Assembly: GCA_965112155.1 (NCBI GenBank)
Contig: OZ218105.1
Source: Podarcis liolepis
Taxonomy: Eukaryota
Reading direction: 5' to 3' (one strand)
DNA length: 64,000 bases
The translations under genes and the position numbers were made by a program. Position 1 is the first letter of the stretch. Every line of letters starts with the position of its first letter. The notes beneath the pieces were generated by a model. That model was not told the DNA's origin, did not search any database, and was given only the letters and a program-made list of their open reading frames with translations. This document shows positions 61,790 to 64,000 of the stretch, piece after piece.

Positions 61790-62336
61790 CATCACTTCGG
61801 AAGACAGGCAAACTAATGCCAGTGTACTGGAAGAAGCAAAGTTCACCAGTGTCGAAGCGATGATTCTTCAACATCAACTTCATTGGGCTAGTCATGTTGT
61901 GCGGATGCCTGATGATCGTCTTCCAAAGCAACTACTCTATTCCGAACTTAAAAATGGAAAGCGGAATGCCAGTGGTCAACAAAAGACGTTTGAAGACTCA
62001 AGGCAAATCTTAAAAAATGTGGTATAAACACCGACAACTGGGAAACACTGGCCTGCGAGCACTCCAGTTGGAGAACAGCCTTTACCAAAGGTGTCATGGG
62101 CTTTGAGGATGCTCAAACTCAGGATGAAAGGGAGAAATGTGCTAAGAGAAAGGCACACTTGGCAAACCCTCACCCTGATCATCTTCCACCCAGAAACCTA
62201 TGTCCCCACTGTGAAAGGACGTGTGGATCCAGAATTGGCCTCCACAGTCACATAGGGACCCACTGTTAAAATTGTGTTAATGGAAAACAATCTTACTTGG
62301 CTACAAGTCATCGCCAAAGAAGAAGAAGAAGAAGAA
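61790..62336 (+). mobile_element. RTE-clade LINE 3' end (not Bov-B) with (GAA)n tail
   Basis: EDRQTNASVLEEAKFTSVEAMILQHQLHWASHVVRMPDDRLPKQLLYSELKNGKR; downstream CPHCERTCGSRIGLHSHIGTH (CCHH zinc finger); (GAA)n at 62317-62336. Confidence 0.9.
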
Positions 62337-62418
62337 TCACCACCACCACTGATCTTCCTTCCCATCATCTCTGACCATTTTGAAGCTGAACAATTTAAGG
62401 AAAATATGCCATGTTGCT

Positions 62419-62919
62419 CTAGACAGCATCTTAAAAAGTAGAGACATCACCTTGCCAACAAAGGTCCATATAGTAAAAGCTGGTTTTCCCAGTAGTGATG
62501 TATGGAAGTGAGAGCTGCACCATAAAGAAGGCTGATCGCCAAAGAATTGATGCTTTTGAATTATGGTGTTGGAGGAGACCCTTGAGAGTTCCATGGACTG
62601 CAAGATCAAACCTATCCATTCTTAAGGAAATCAGCCCTGAGTGCTCACTGGAAGGACAGATCGTGAAGCTGAGGCTCCAATACTTTGGTCACCTCATGAG
62701 AAGAGAAGACTCCCTGGAAAAGACCCTGATGTTGAGAAAGATGGAGGGCACAAGGAGAAGGGGACGACAGAGGACGAGATGGTTGGATAGTGTTCTCGAA
62801 GCTACCAGCATGAGTTTGACCAAACTGCGGAAGGCAGTGGAAGACAGGAGTGCCTGGCGTGCTCTGGTCCATGGGGTCACGAAGAGTCGGACACGACTAA
62901 ACGACTAAACAACAACAAC
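62419..62919 (+). mobile_element. Bov-B LINE 3' end, 5'-truncated
   Basis: MYGSESCTIKKADRQRIDAFELWCWRR...RQRTRWLDSV...AWRALVHGVTKSRTRLND; (CAA)n tail; exact 13-bp TSD atgccatgttgct (62406-62418, 62920-62932). Confidence 0.96.
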
Positions 62920-63379
62920 ATGCCATGTTGCTGCTATGGTTTGGTGCTCCCTTTTAAAAAGCGAGTGAAATTTGAAAACAATGTTGGGTTTTCTAGCAGA
63001 ACCTTCTATTCTTTGTTGGCTATGACCATCATTTGGTGTCTGCTCTACTGGATTGCTAAGCCATAGCTGGAAGCTTCTCCAAGTCATAGCAGTGATAGAA
63101 AGTGACCACTCATAAATCACTAAGGATGATTGCCTTTTGACCGAGATGAGGCTACCATAGTATTCTGCCTTCATCATGAAGAGCGTGGTTGTGATGCTGA
63201 TGCTGAGACCAATTCATTCTGAGACCATTACATTGGGTTTTATGAAGAGCTGTACTAGCAAAATAGCTCATGAGATTAAAAGTCTAAGTTTGGCTTTAAG
63301 CAAAATGTACTTCTTGCATTCTTTCAATGACATCACATTAGTGAACTAGTTTCCTAAAAGTGAAATCTTCATGGGCTAA

Positions 63380-63404
63380 TTCTTCTTCTTCTTCTTCTTC
63401 TTCT
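63380..63404. repeat. (CTT)n microsatellite
   Basis: Direct read. Confidence 0.9.
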
Positions 63405-64000
63405 TTTTAGAGATGATATTTCAACCCCCTTTAGCCCCAGCCAGCATGGCCAATGATCAGGGATGCTGGAAGTCTACTAACATCTGAAGGACACCTGGTT
63501 CCACATTCCTGATTTATAGTAAATCCTGGGTAAAGTCTCATGTTATAGAGGCAATGATATTTTCAAATGCATTAAGCAAATCAACGAGGAAAGCAATTTT
63601 GACATCTTGTAAGGAATATATATGAAACTTATTTATTTTTTTAGCTAATGCCAGACTAGAAACAGGGTTGGTTTCATCAGCATTTCAGTGGGAAAAAAGA
63701 AAATAGTAGCTTTCATAAACATATTTTTGTCCCCCCTACTGAGACATATCACTCCATATATTGAATTCTATTTGTTTCTTTTTAAAGAGTTTCTGACTAT
63801 TTTATCTGCCTGAAAGCTGAATGCAATGTAACTATATATAGCTAAATGCTTCCATCGCTTCTTAGGATGCATGCCATCATTTACTCTGGGCAAAACAACT
63901 ATTATTCAAGTGAAGGAAAATATATTGTGTGTAGGAGGGCAGTATTTCTTTAGTGTTTGTGTTTAAAGCTGCAAAAAAGGGGGAAAAAGTGGTTTCTGAA

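Noticed and set aside
1-64000. Host protein-coding genes among the listed ORFs
   Set aside because: The ORFs are short, low-complexity or antisense to repeats. Every recognisable peptide is retroelement-derived, and no consistent exon chain was found.

Overview
Eukaryotic non-coding DNA, almost certainly from a squamate reptile. Sauria SINEs, Bov-B and the L2/CR1/L1 styles present point to a lacertid-type lizard (inference). I find no host protein-coding exon, RNA gene or CRISPR array. The ORF track is noise except for retroelement remnants: L2, Bov-B, RTE, L1 ORF2 C-termini and a Ty1/copia RNase H. The window is a mosaic of 5'-truncated LINEs, tRNA-derived SINEs, hAT/Harbinger-type MITEs with target-site duplications (TSDs), solo LTRs and microsatellites. 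Between them are repeat-free blocks that look like conserved regulatory DNA, suggesting a large intron or gene desert. There is one assembly gap (28822-29012). Most notable observations: (1) three Ty1/copia-type relics, one with a half-tRNAiMet primer-binding site and one young rearranged copy with an exact TSD; (2) an L1 with twin-priming 5'-inversion geometry; (3) three REST/RE1-like motifs, each in LTR-like sequence; (4) several three-level nested insertions. I cannot support a claim of a wholly new biological system; these are the best leads.
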